Virus record (IMG/VR): IMGVR_UViG_2563366853_000005
Coordinates: 1-36,255 of that record
DNA: 36,255 nt
From: a virus
Taxonomy: Duplodnaviria; Heunggongvirae; Uroviricota; Caudoviricetes
Reading direction: 5' to 3' (one strand)
Part shown: piece after piece, positions 1-10,053 of the stretch
How the letters are laid out: each line of letters opens with the position of its first letter
Numbering within the stretch: the stretch's first letter is position 1
The notes under the pieces: generated by a model
Seen by the model: the letters and a program-made list of their open reading frames with translations, nothing else
Told to the model about the DNA's origin: nothing
Databases searched by the model: none
Made by a program: the position numbers and the translations under genes

Positions 1-1293
<1,293 letters not shown>

Positions 1294-1410
1294 TACCCAA
1301 TTTTTCTGAATCTAAAAAGCGCCTGCGGGCGCTTTAAGTAGAGGTTTAATCATTTGAAAATAAATGGATTTTATTTTTAAGTGTCCATATAACGTCCATC
1401 TTTGAATGCA

Positions 1411-1448
1411 AAAAGCCCACAGCTTCTATGCTGTGGGCTTTGTTTTTT
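1411..1448 (+). terminator. intrinsic terminator downstream of serS (bidirectional-looking)
   Basis: Stem GCCCACAGC (1415-1423), loop TTCTAT, stem GCTGTGGGC (1430-1438), followed by TTTGTTTTTT; A-run precedes the stem. Weaker hairpins also at 1316-1335 and 1483-1504. Confidence 0.7.
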
Positions 1449-1598
1449 GGTGTCCTCATGAGTGAGGGAACCAAAAAGAAAACCCGCAGTTTTTACGCTG
1501 CGGGCTTGTTGTTCACGTCAACTGGAAATAGGGTGCCTTTTCGACCTTTACCCTGGCAACCGATTGACGGGGAAGTTGCCTTCCCCGTCGCGGTTTCC

Positions 1599-1739
1599 TT
1601 ACTGCTTACACTGTAAGAACGCCGCAAACTCCGCTCCCCAGAAACTCATCCGTATTTCACACAGCGAACCGTGCAGCATCCAGATGATGAGGATTGCCGT
1701 CACGCAGAATGTGATGGCCGTAAGCGATTTTTGCGACAT
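1599..1739 (-). CDS. Hok/Gef-family type I toxin, 46 aa (hand-translated; below the ORF-track size cut-off)
   Basis: ATG at 1739 preceded by AAGGAG 8 nt upstream; translation MSQKSLTAITFCVTAILIIWMLHGSLCEIRMSFWGAEFAAFLQCKQ; single N-terminal TM helix followed by SLCEIR...AAFL, the hallmark of Hok family proteins (compare R1 Hok ...[21 protein letters not shown]). Confidence 0.65.
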   Translation of the reverse strand: MSQKSLTAITFCVTAILIIWMLHGSLCEIRMSFWGAEFAAFLQCKQ

Positions 1740-1842
1740 AGCGCTTGCTCCTTTTTCGGGGAGGCGCTAACCTATCACTTGCTAAGGGTAGATGGTTAGG
1801 GCCTCGGGTTAACGTTAAAGTTGACTCGGGGCCTTTCCACAT
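1657..1842 (-). CDS. mok-like overlapping reading frame (putative translational coupler for hok)
   Basis: 61-codon ORF in a different frame overlapping the 5' part of the hok-like gene; ATG at 1842 with GAAGG 4 nt upstream; this arrangement is characteristic of hok/mok/sok loci. The protein itself has no recognisable features. Confidence 0.4.
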   Translation of the reverse strand: MWKGPESTLTLTRGPNHLPLASDRLAPPRKRSKRYVAKIAYGHHILRDGNPHHLDAARFAV

Positions 1843-1930
1843 CTGGCCTTCGGGTATTCCCTCCGACCATCAGCCGAAAGGCACCCGCACGTAATCTATC
1901 GCTTTTTTGTTACTCCGGCAATTCTGCCTG

Positions 1931-2191
1931 TTAATTCTGAGATAAAGGCAAACTCATCTGATTGTTTCCCCTGTGTGAAGCTGGCAGATCATGCCACGGG
2001 ATACCTTCTGAAGAGTGAACGCCGGAGGCGTGTTTTGATGTGAATTTATGGAAAGCTTCCAGTGTTGAGAAGCATACGCCGCATTCCAGATTGTTACACT
2101 GGTAATACTTTTGCCGCACGGTGTTTGAATCATTTTCCGGACGACTGGTGCGGATACGGGCAGATGCGCCACAAAGCGGACAACGGAACAT
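1931..2191 (-). CDS. ogr: Ogr/Delta-family zinc-finger late transcription activator
   Basis: MFRCPLCGASARIRTSR...YYQCNNLECGVCF matches P2 Ogr (MFHCPLCQHAAHARTSR...YHQCQNVNCSATF), a C-x2-C...C-x4-C zinc finger; GGGAGG RBS 6 nt upstream of the ATG at 2191. Confidence 0.8.
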   Translation of the reverse strand: MFRCPLCGASARIRTSRPENDSNTVRQKYYQCNNLECGVCFSTLEAFHKFTSKHASGVHSSEGIPWHDLPASHRGNNQMSLPLSQN

Positions 2192-2231
2192 AGCGACCTC
2201 CCTTAACGTGGTGCTGCCTATTCTAAGTTGC

Positions 2232-3341
2232 TCACTCTGTTTCCGCTATCCATTCCGGGATTTTTGCCTCAAGCTCAAGCTGCGTGGTAAAGCCGCTGTT
2301 ATCAATGGTGTGCTCGGCTTTTGCAATGATCCAGTCCTGATTATCAATCTCGCTTTTAAATCCTGTTACCGTGCCATGCATTTCGGGGTAGAGTTCTGCA
2401 CGTCCACGCGCCAGCGTGATGGAGAATGATGCGGCTCCGCGTTGTAGTTGCTGCCACTTTGCCGCCGCTGCGCGTCTTGCTGCCTGCTCGTTCTGATAAG
2501 TCTTGCGTAACACAAACACATTGCCTTCCGCGCCTTCCATATAATCACCTTCACGGCTGCTGCTTTTCTCCTTTTTGGGTTTTGGCGGTTTACGGCGTTT
2601 CACGCTGACTTTTTTCTTTTTCCCGTAATTAAGATCAAGCCAGTAGGCGCGTACCCCCGTATACGCCTCGCGGTCAGCAATGCGGAACTGATGGCGATCG
2701 CCGCTGCTGCGTGTAATGGCGAACGAGGGCAACGGCTGGCCCTGTGCGTTCACGCCACCACCTGGCATGATGAATAACAGATTACCGCTTTTTACCGTGG
2801 TGATTGCGCCCAGCATTTCCGCCATGCGCGTAAGGAAGGACATGTCGCTTTCTTCGGTCTGGTCGGCGTGGTCGATTTCGATATCCATCAGCATTTCGCT
2901 GATTTGCGGTTTCAGGCCGTACCGATGAGCGATGGCGGATACCACACGCTCAACGGTCACATCATGCCAGGACACCTCACGTTTAACGTTAAATTCATCC
3001 CGAAAATCTGCGCTTCTGGCTGAAACAGTCAGCCTGTCCGGCGGTCCTTCGTGAGCGATTTCATCAACAATGTAAGTGCCTTTTTCTGTCAGCGGTTCTC
3101 CTTTCCAGCCAATGAGAACCGTCAGGCGCGCGCCCCGTGGCGGTAGCTGCAACTGACCATCCGCATCATCCAGCGTGATGGTGAGCTGGTCCGCGTCAAA
3201 TCCCCGGTTGTCGGTCAGTGACAGGCTCATCAGGCGCTCTGCCACGCCTGACAGCGTTTTACCCTCCGCGAGAATATCAAAATCCGGCATTTTCACGGGG
3301 TCTGTGCCCTGACTGAGCAATTGCATGGTGGTGTCGGTCAT
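2232..3341 (-). CDS. D: tail protein gpD
   Basis: Similarity to P2 gpD along the ORF; start chosen at the ATG at 3341 (MTDTTMQLLSQ...), preceded by GGGAGGGAACAG; the ORF track's longer 413-aa version begins upstream with no RBS. Confidence 0.85.
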   Translation of the reverse strand: MTDTTMQLLSQGTDPVKMPDFDILAEGKTLSGVAERLMSLSLTDNRGFDADQLTITLDDADGQLQLPPRGARLTVLIGWKGEPLTEKGTYIVDEIAHEGPPDRLTVSARSADFRDEFNVKREVSWHDVTVERVVSAIAHRYGLKPQISEMLMDIEIDHADQTEESDMSFLTRMAEMLGAITTVKSGNLLFIMPGGGVNAQGQPLPSFAITRSSGDRHQFRIADREAYTGVRAYWLDLNYGKKKKVSVKRRKPPKPKKEKSSSREGDYMEGAEGNVFVLRKTYQNEQAARRAAAAKWQQLQRGAASFSITLARGRAELYPEMHGTVTGFKSEIDNQDWIIAKAEHTIDNSGFTTQLELEAKIPEWIAETE

Positions 3342-3498
3342 CTGTTCCCTCCCTGTGCGGCATGGTCGCATGTGCGTGCGGAGGGGGTTACTGCTTTTTG
3401 TTGTCGCCGTGGCGGGAGAACGTCGCAGGGGTGAGATTACGCGCGTGGTGGGTGATGATTGTTGCCGAATCATTTAACGGATACAAGGGGCTGAAGCT
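3342..3498. promoter_or_regulatory. divergent intergenic region between D and FI (left junction of the inverted tail block; presumed late promoter region)
   Basis: 157 bp between two divergent late-gene starts; no perfect TGT-N12-ACA Ogr dyad found by eye. Confidence 0.35.
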
Positions 3499-4683
3499 AT
3501 GAGTGAAACTCGTTTTCATGGTGCCCGTGTTACGGAAAGTACCGACCTGGTAACAGCGATTAATGATGTTGATTCCAGTGTTATCGGTATCGTGGCAACG
3601 GCGGATGATGCGGATGCGGAGCTGTTCCCGCTGAACAAGCCCACACTGCTGACCCGCGTCAATGACGTGCTGGGAAAATGCGGAACAACGGGGACGCTTT
3701 ATCGTGCGCTTAAGGCCATCGCAGACCAGGTGAGCACAAAGGTGATCGTCGTTCGCGTGGCTGAACACAAAGAAGAAGACGGAAAAACGCAGGATCAACT
3801 GGTTATCGGTGGTTCTGAATCTGACGGCAGCTATACGGGGATGTATGCGCTGCTTGTTGCAGAGCAGGATGAAAGCATCGGATACCGTCCGCGTATTCTG
3901 GCCGCGCCGGAGCTGGACACGGAGGCGGTAACAAAATCCCTGTGCGTGATTGCAGGTAAACTGCGCGCGTTTGTGTATGCCTCATGTCACGGCTGTAACA
4001 CGATGGCTGAGGCGATTACCTACCGCCAGAAATTCAACGAACGTGAGGTGATGCTCTTATGGCCGGACTTCATCGCCTACAACCCGAAAAGTGGCAAAAA
4101 CGAAACGTTCCCCGCGCCTGCCTATGCGTGCGGCCTTCGTGCGTACATTGACCATGAGCAGGGCTGGCACAAATCGCTGTCCAACGTTCCGGTTAAAAAT
4201 GTGCTGGGGATGTCCAGTCATGTGTTCTGGTCGTTGCAGGCCGAAGACAGTGATGCCAACAGCCTCAACAACAAAGAAATCACGACCATTATTCGTCGCA
4301 ACGGGTTCCGCTTCTGGGGCAACCGCACACCGGAAACGAACGCCTACATCTTTGAGGTGTATACCCGAACCGCACAGGTGCTGGCTGATTCAATTGCGGA
4401 AGCGCAGTTTGAAACCATCGACAGTCCACTGACGCCTGCGAACGTGAAAGATGTTATCAGTGCCATCAGGGCAAAACTGGATTCACTGGTTACTGCCGGG
4501 AAACTGATTGGGGCGTCGTGCTGGTATGACGTGGTGGATAACGGCACCACGAATTTACGTCAGGGGCGCGTGCGTATTCGCTACAAATATACGCCTGTTC
4601 CCCCGCTGGAAGACATGGAGCTTTACCAGTCGTTTACTGATGAATTCTTTGGTCCCGCATTTGCGGTGCTGGGAGGTGCCTGA
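3499..4683 (+). CDS. FI: contractile tail sheath protein gpFI
   Basis: 394-aa ORF with the expected size and similarity to P2 FI tail sheath; stop overlaps the FII start (TGATG). Confidence 0.9.
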   Translation: MSETRFHGARVTESTDLVTAINDVDSSVIGIVATADDADAELFPLNKPTLLTRVNDVLGKCGTTGTLYRALKAIADQVSTKVIVVRVAEHKEEDGKTQDQLVIGGSESDGSYTGMYALLVAEQDESIGYRPRILAAPELDTEAVTKSLCVIAGKLRAFVYASCHGCNTMAEAITYRQKFNEREVMLLWPDFIAYNPKSGKNETFPAPAYACGLRAYIDHEQGWHKSLSNVPVKNVLGMSSHVFWSLQAEDSDANSLNNKEITTIIRRNGFRFWGNRTPETNAYIFEVYTRTAQVLADSIAEAQFETIDSPLTPANVKDVISAIRAKLDSLVTAGKLIGASCWYDVVDNGTTNLRQGRVRIRYKYTPVPPLEDMELYQSFTDEFFGPAFAVLGGA

Positions 4684-5195
4684 TGGCTGTACCAAAACAT
4701 CTTCGCTTTTTTACGCTGTTTGTGGATGGTGAAAACGAAGTGGGTAAGGTGACGTCCGTCACTCTGCCTAAGCTGACGCGCAAAACCGACAGCTACCGGG
4801 GTGGTGGCATGATGGGTGCGGTAAGTATTGATCTCGGTCTGGACGACTCCGCGCTTGATGCGAGCTTTGTCATGGGGGGCGCAGTTCGTGCGCTGTTCCT
4901 TAAGTATGGCGGCACGATTGACGGCACGCTGCTGCGTTTTGCGGGTGAATACTACACCGATGCAGAAAGCGACCTGTATGAAGTCGAAATGCGCGGACGT
5001 GTGACGGAAATTGATATGGGGGAAGCCAAACAGGGCGAAGCCACATCACACACTTACGCCATTAAAAACACCTACTACAAGCTGAGTGTTAACGATCGCC
5101 CGTTGTGGGAGATTGACCTGCTGAACTTCATTTACCGGAAGGACGGCAAGGACATTGTGCCCGATCGCATCCGTTCCGCGCTCGGGCTTGGCTGA
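4683..5195 (+). CDS. FII: tail tube protein gpFII
   Basis: 170-aa ORF, translationally coupled to FI; matches P2 FII in size and position. Confidence 0.9.
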   Translation: MAVPKHLRFFTLFVDGENEVGKVTSVTLPKLTRKTDSYRGGGMMGAVSIDLGLDDSALDASFVMGGAVRALFLKYGGTIDGTLLRFAGEYYTDAESDLYEVEMRGRVTEIDMGEAKQGEATSHTYAIKNTYYKLSVNDRPLWEIDLLNFIYRKDGKDIVPDRIRSALGLG

Positions 5196-5250
5196 TAAGT
5201 AATATGCAGGCGGCGCAGTGCGTCGCCTCTGACTGAAAAGGAGACAACTG

Positions 5251-5625
5251 ATGAAAGACATCGATACTGAAACCCGGAATAACACCGTGGCGGATGATGT
5301 GACGGCAGGTGAGGATATGGCTGTCGAACGTGGCGTAAAACTGACCCGACCAATTGAGCGTGGTGGCGAAAAAATCACGTATGTGGAGATCACCGGGGCT
5401 ATTGAACAGGCTGGATCCCTGCGTGGTCTGTCGCTGTCTGATGTGCTGAATCTGAAAGCGGATACCATGTTCACGCTGTTGCCTCGCGTGACCTCGCCAC
5501 GACTGGATGAAGTGATGATTAAAAAAATGTCGTCACGCGATTTTATTCAGTTGTGCGCTGTGGCTGTAAATTTTATGAGCGAGCCAGACTCTGGCGCGAA
5601 GAGCGTGCAGGAGACGGCAGCGTAA
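5251..5625 (+). CDS. E: tail assembly chaperone gpE
   Basis: 124-aa ORF between the tube and tape-measure genes; the conserved position of the frameshifting chaperone pair. Confidence 0.8.
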   Translation: MKDIDTETRNNTVADDVTAGEDMAVERGVKLTRPIERGGEKITYVEITGAIEQAGSLRGLSLSDVLNLKADTMFTLLPRVTSPRLDEVMIKKMSSRDFIQLCAVAVNFMSEPDSGAKSVQETAA

Positions 5626-5789
5626 TCACCCTGGTGTGCTTTGAGCACATCGAAGATCTGGTGGCAGATATCGCCGCCATTTTTAACTGGTCGCCTGCCG
5701 AAATCTTCATGATGACGCCCGGCGAAGTGGTTAGCTGGCGTGAGCGGGCGGCACTTCGCAGCGGGAATGCAGACAATGAAGACTCTTGA
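5251..5789 (+). CDS. gpE+E' programmed -1 frameshift product (fusion of E N-terminus with the -1 frame ORF ending at 5789)
   Basis: The -1 frame ORF (5553..5789) overlaps the 3' end of E; the slippery heptamer A_AAT_TTT at 5568-5574 is in the correct phase relative to the E frame; the E/E' pair is conserved in P2 and analogous to lambda G/GT. Confidence 0.55.
5568..5574 (+). promoter_or_regulatory. candidate -1 ribosomal frameshift slip site AAATTTT
   Basis: X_XXY_YYZ heptamer with zero-frame codons AAT-TTT; the shift would give ...AVAVN then KFYERARLW... Confidence 0.45.
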
Positions 5790-8583
5790 CATCCGGGTCG
5801 CTTTCAGCGCCGTTGACAGGCTGACCCGGCCTGCCGAAAACGCCCGCCGCCTGATGGGGCAGTTTGGTGACTCCATCCAGCGAACGCAGGGGGCGATCAA
5901 AAATCTCGAGCGTCAGGCGCGTTCATTTGAGCGCGCCCGTGACGCTGTCAGTAAAGCGGATGCTGGCATATTGAAAGCACGACGCCAGCTTAACGCCCTT
6001 AATCAGTTACAACGCACGGGTACAGTGCTCAGCGAAAAACAACAAAAGCTGATGCAGCAGTTAAGCACCCGGCTTGAACGCCTGAATGAATCGCGCACAC
6101 GGGAAATTCAGAAAATGCGGGAGCTTGGCGGAGAGCTGAAACGCCACGGCATTTCCCTGACAGGCAGCGATAACACCATCCAGCAGGCCATCAGACGCAC
6201 CGAACAGTACAACAACCAGCTTGAACGCGAACGGCAGGCGCTTGCGCGTGTAACACGGGCGCGTGAGCGGTATTCGCGCGCGCAGGAAACAGCGGGAAAA
6301 CTGAAAACAGGTGGTGCGCTGGCAATTGGTGCGGCAACGGCGGGCGGCTATGCTGCCGGGCGTTTTTTGCAGCCTGCGATCGGGTTCGGCAAAGAGATGT
6401 CCCGCGTTCAGGCACTGACGCGAATCGACCAGAACAGCCCGCAGTTTAAGGCGCTGCGTGAGCAGGCGTTAAAACTTGGCTCTGAAACACAGTTTACTGC
6501 GAGTGATGCCGCCAGTGGGCAGAGCTTTCTGGCAATGGCTGGTTTTACTCCGCAGGCCATTCAGGCCGCATTGCCCGGTGTTCTTAATATGGCGCTGGCA
6601 GGTGGCGTCGAACTCGGCGAGACGGCTGATATAGGCTCCAATATCCTCACACAGTTCAACCTGACAGCCGATCAAATGGACCGTGTTGGCGATACGCTGA
6701 CAGCAGCATTCACCCGGACCAATACTGATTTACGCGCGCTGGGCGAAACCATGAAGTATACCGGTCCGGTTGCCGCAAAACTTGGTATCAGTCTTGAAGA
6801 AGCGGCGGCCATGGCCGGGATGCTTGCCAATAATGGTCTTCGCGGAAGCGATGCTGGTACGGCCATGCGCGCAAGTCTGTCCCGCCTTGCATCACCGCCA
6901 AAAGCTGCGGCTGATGCACTGAAAGAGCTGGGGGTGTCAGTTGCTGACGCCAGAGGCAAAATGCGCCCGATGGAGGATGTGCTGCTTGATCTCTATAAGG
7001 CGACACAAAAATACGGACAGGTGGACCAGGTTTCCTTCTTCAAGGACATCGCCGGAGAAGAGGCGTTCGTTGGTTTGCAGACGCTTGTTGCGGCGGCTGG
7101 TTCAGGAGAGCTGCAAAAACTGACCAGAGAATTGCAGGGGGCAAGGGGAGAGGCCGATCGCGTCGCAAAAGTAATGGCCGATAATCTTGATGGGGACCTG
7201 AAAAATCTCGACAGCGCATGGGAAGGTCTTCGTATTCGCATCAGTGATCTGGTTGACGGTCCGCTGCGTTCTGTCACGCAGTGGCTCACGCGGGTGCTTG
7301 AAAAAATCACCTCGCTGGCGCAGGCCCATCCGGTACTGACGCGCCAGCTACTGATAGCAGGCGGTGCGTTGCTGGCAATGACTGCAACGATTGGCTCGTT
7401 GTCGCTGGTTATTGGGGTGCTTTACGGGAAGCTGGCCACCCTGCGTCTTGGTTTTGACATTCTTACCCGGTCAATGAATGTCGTCAGGGTGTTGCCTGCG
7501 CTGTGGGGAATGGTGACGGGTTCCGTTTCTTTACTGGGAGGCGCCATCGGGGCGTTGTTCAGTCCGGTTGGTCTTATCGTGGCTGCGCTTGCCGGAGCTG
7601 CCGTTCTTATCTGGAAATACTGGGATCCCATCAGGGCATTTTTTGCCGGGGTGTTCAGCGGGATTATGGAAAGGCTGACCCCGTTGCGCGAAACCTTTGA
7701 ACGGTTTGGTCCTGTTTTTGACACAATCGGAAGCGGGATCAGCCAGGTGTTTAACTGGTTTAAATCGCTGCTGTCACCGATGGAGTCCAGCAAGGAAACG
7801 CTGGATAAATGTACCAGTGCTGGCGAGATATTCGGTAACGTTCTTGGCGGTGCGTTACAGCTTGTTCTGACACCTGCAAAAATGCTACTGGATACGCTGG
7901 CGTGGATACTTGAAAAACTTGGCGTCCTTCCGGATGAAGCGGAAAGGGCGCGCAAGAAAATCGAAGACGCACAGCGTGCGGCCATTCTTCAGGACAAGGT
8001 TGCCTTGCTTCAGGGTGACCTGGCGAAAATCAATCCGCCGAAGCCTGTGGAAAATGGCAATGGCACCGGAGGTAATAAACCCAAAGACAACAAACCGCTC
8101 ACAGACAGCAATACCGGGACGCTACGCAGACTCAGCAAAATTGCTGATAACACAGGTAAGCTGGTTGATGAGACGAAAAAACGCATTGGCCCCGGCGATA
8201 TTGTCTTTAAGAACCTGCCCCGCGCACTTGCTGTTCGTGGAGAGTGGCAGGAGCGGAAGATTGCGCAGGTCAGTAAGCCTGCCCCCGCAATTAATATCAC
8301 ACCCGTGGTCCCGGCTCCGCTGCCTCCGGCGCTGGTCCCTGTTGTTGCGGCCAGCTCCCGCCCGGTGGCGGAGGCCATACGATCTCCAGTGGCATCAGTT
8401 CCTGTAACTTCCCGTAACCGGGAGCCTGTTGCCTCCGGATTTGGTGGTGAAATTCATGTTCATCTGCATAACGTTGTTACGCAGAATCCCCGCGAACTGG
8501 CGAAACTGGTCGGTGAAATGGTCAGGGCAGAAATGGAACGGCGCGCCCGTGCCGGGCGTGGCAGTTTTTACGATAAAGATTGA
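5767..8583 (+). CDS. T: tail tape measure protein gpT (start uncertain: GTG 5740, ATG 5767 or ATG 5776)
   Basis: Roughly 940-aa protein with a long coiled-coil N-terminal half, a hydrophobic/Gly-rich middle and a Pro/Ala-rich C-terminal region; position after E/E'. Confidence 0.85.
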   Translation: MQTMKTLDIRVAFSAVDRLTRPAENARRLMGQFGDSIQRTQGAIKNLERQARSFERARDAVSKADAGILKARRQLNALNQLQRTGTVLSEKQQKLMQQLSTRLERLNESRTREIQKMRELGGELKRHGISLTGSDNTIQQAIRRTEQYNNQLERERQALARVTRARERYSRAQETAGKLKTGGALAIGAATAGGYAAGRFLQPAIGFGKEMSRVQALTRIDQNSPQFKALREQALKLGSETQFTASDAASGQSFLAMAGFTPQAIQAALPGVLNMALAGGVELGETADIGSNILTQFNLTADQMDRVGDTLTAAFTRTNTDLRALGETMKYTGPVAAKLGISLEEAAAMAGMLANNGLRGSDAGTAMRASLSRLASPPKAAADALKELGVSVADARGKMRPMEDVLLDLYKATQKYGQVDQVSFFKDIAGEEAFVGLQTLVAAAGSGELQKLTRELQGARGEADRVAKVMADNLDGDLKNLDSAWEGLRIRISDLVDGPLRSVTQWLTRVLEKITSLAQAHPVLTRQLLIAGGALLAMTATIGSLSLVIGVLYGKLATLRLGFDILTRSMNVVRVLPALWGMVTGSVSLLGGAIGALFSPVGLIVAALAGAAVLIWKYWDPIRAFFAGVFSGIMERLTPLRETFERFGPVFDTIGSGISQVFNWFKSLLSPMESSKETLDKCTSAGEIFGNVLGGALQLVLTPAKMLLDTLAWILEKLGVLPDEAERARKKIEDAQRAAILQDKVALLQGDLAKINPPKPVENGNGTGGNKPKDNKPLTDSNTGTLRRLSKIADNTGKLVDETKKRIGPGDIVFKNLPRALAVRGEWQERKIAQVSKPAPAINITPVVPAPLPPALVPVVAASSRPVAEAIRSPVASVPVTSRNREPVASGFGGEIHVHLHNVVTQNPRELAKLVGEMVRAEMERRARAGRGSFYDKD

Positions 8584-8589
8584 GGAGTC

Positions 8590-9084
8590 ATGGCCATGAT
8601 GATGATCTACGGCATGTTTGTTTTTGAGCTGCGCACGCTGCCGCATCAGCAGTTACAGCAAAACAAAAGCTGGCGGCATGTGAAAAATGAACGCGTTAAC
8701 CGTTCAGCAAGCTGGCAGTATATCGGTGCAGGTGATGATCGCATCGTTCTTTCTGGTGTGCTTTATCCTGAAATTACAGGTGGCGAAGTGTCGCTGTCGC
8801 TGCTGACCACGCAGGCGTATACAGGACGCCCCTGGCCTCTTATTGATGGCGTCGGGCAGATTTACGGCATGTATGTCCTGACCGAAACGAATACGACCCG
8901 TTCCGAGTTTGATCGCTACGGTAAGGCGAAAAAGATAGAATTTTCACTGACCCTTGAACGCTGTGATGAGGATTTGCGGGAGCGCCTGCAATCCTCATCG
9001 TTCAGCGATATGCTGTCCGGCTTCAAAGATAAAGTGACATCATCCCTTAACAGCGCGGCCAGTTCAGTTAAAGGGCTGTTCTGA
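8590..9084 (+). CDS. U: tail protein gpU
   Basis: 164-aa ORF immediately after T; size and position match P2 U. Confidence 0.8.
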   Translation: MAMMMIYGMFVFELRTLPHQQLQQNKSWRHVKNERVNRSASWQYIGAGDDRIVLSGVLYPEITGGEVSLSLLTTQAYTGRPWPLIDGVGQIYGMYVLTETNTTRSEFDRYGKAKKIEFSLTLERCDEDLRERLQSSSFSDMLSGFKDKVTSSLNSAASSVKGLF

Positions 9085-9435
9085 TTTAATGCTGGCCACT
9101 CATACCCTCATACCTGGTAATAAGTGGCCAGTCTTAACACTCACCATTTGATTGCACCAGTGTTAACGATTTGTTACTGGACATCAGACACGCTGGATAG
9201 CCAGTAGAAACATACCATTAAAATTATTACAATAATTGGTCACATGATTATCTTATGCTGAATAATAGAGATATGAATATTAATGAACTTAAAGATTGTA
9301 TTCACTATGAAGTAATCGGTAGCGAGCGTCCTTTCTCCTGGCGAAAGGCAATTGTTCGCGCAATAATGTCACAATAGGTGCTCATGCATTGGTATTGCAT
9401 GATATTCCAGATGATTCAACATTCATCACTAAATT

Positions 9436-10053
9436 TCAGTCTGAAGTTATCTGCTCGTCCTCCCGCACATAACCCTGATTCATCAGCTCTGGCCATACGA
9501 TATCCGGAGCTGTACTGGTGTCAATTCTACTCACTAATACTCTGTATTTTCTCCAGGAATCCAGTTGTGAATTTTCCTCGTTTGTTGCTATTTCAAGATT
9601 AACTGCATCCTGCAGAATTGCGATGTTATCTGTTGCTTCCTGGATCAACCTTGCCTTTTTCTCTTCCGCTTCCCGTATCCGAAACAGTTTTTCTGCTTCC
9701 TCATCCTTCACCCAGGATACGCCGTCCCACTTCTGATACTCCCCTGCTGGCGACAACCAGGTGACATTCTCTGGTAGCGGTCCGGGTTCAGAAATAAACA
9801 ACGCGTCCCCCGATACCACGTCATAGACCGTTTTACCACGATGGTCTTCAACAATATTCCACGATTCATTTTCACTGTTAAAAACTGCCACAAAGCCAGC
9901 AGGAATTTCCGGTGGGGCGATATCTGTAGAATTGGCTGGCAGCCCTGTATGAGGTGGAATATATGCGTCACCTTCACCAATAAACTCATTAGTTCCGGCC
10001 AGCAGGTTATAAATTTTTACAGTACGTGATTGTTCACTCATTCTGAATGCCAT
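9436..10053 (-). CDS. G: tail fibre assembly chaperone (gpG / Tfa)
   Basis: C-terminal ...[25 protein letters not shown] resembles the P2 G C-terminus ...[22 protein letters not shown]; start overlaps the H stop. Confidence 0.8.
   Translation of the reverse strand: MAFRMSEQSRTVKIYNLLAGTNEFIGEGDAYIPPHTGLPANSTDIAPPEIPAGFVAVFNSENESWNIVEDHRGKTVYDVVSGDALFISEPGPLPENVTWLSPAGEYQKWDGVSWVKDEEAEKLFRIREAEEKKARLIQEATDNIAILQDAVNLEIATNEENSQLDSWRKYRVLVSRIDTSTAPDIVWPELMNQGYVREDEQITSD

Noticed and set aside
1294-1930. tRNA gene or recognisable att core at the prophage end
   Set aside because: The hairpins present are terminator-like or part of the hok locus; no cloverleaf-compatible sequence was recognised, and the att core cannot be defined without the other prophage end or an empty-site comparison.
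6191-8378. Multiple 60-190 aa ORFs on both strands inside the tape measure gene
   Set aside because: All are embedded within the long, well-supported T reading frame and are typical alternative-frame artefacts.
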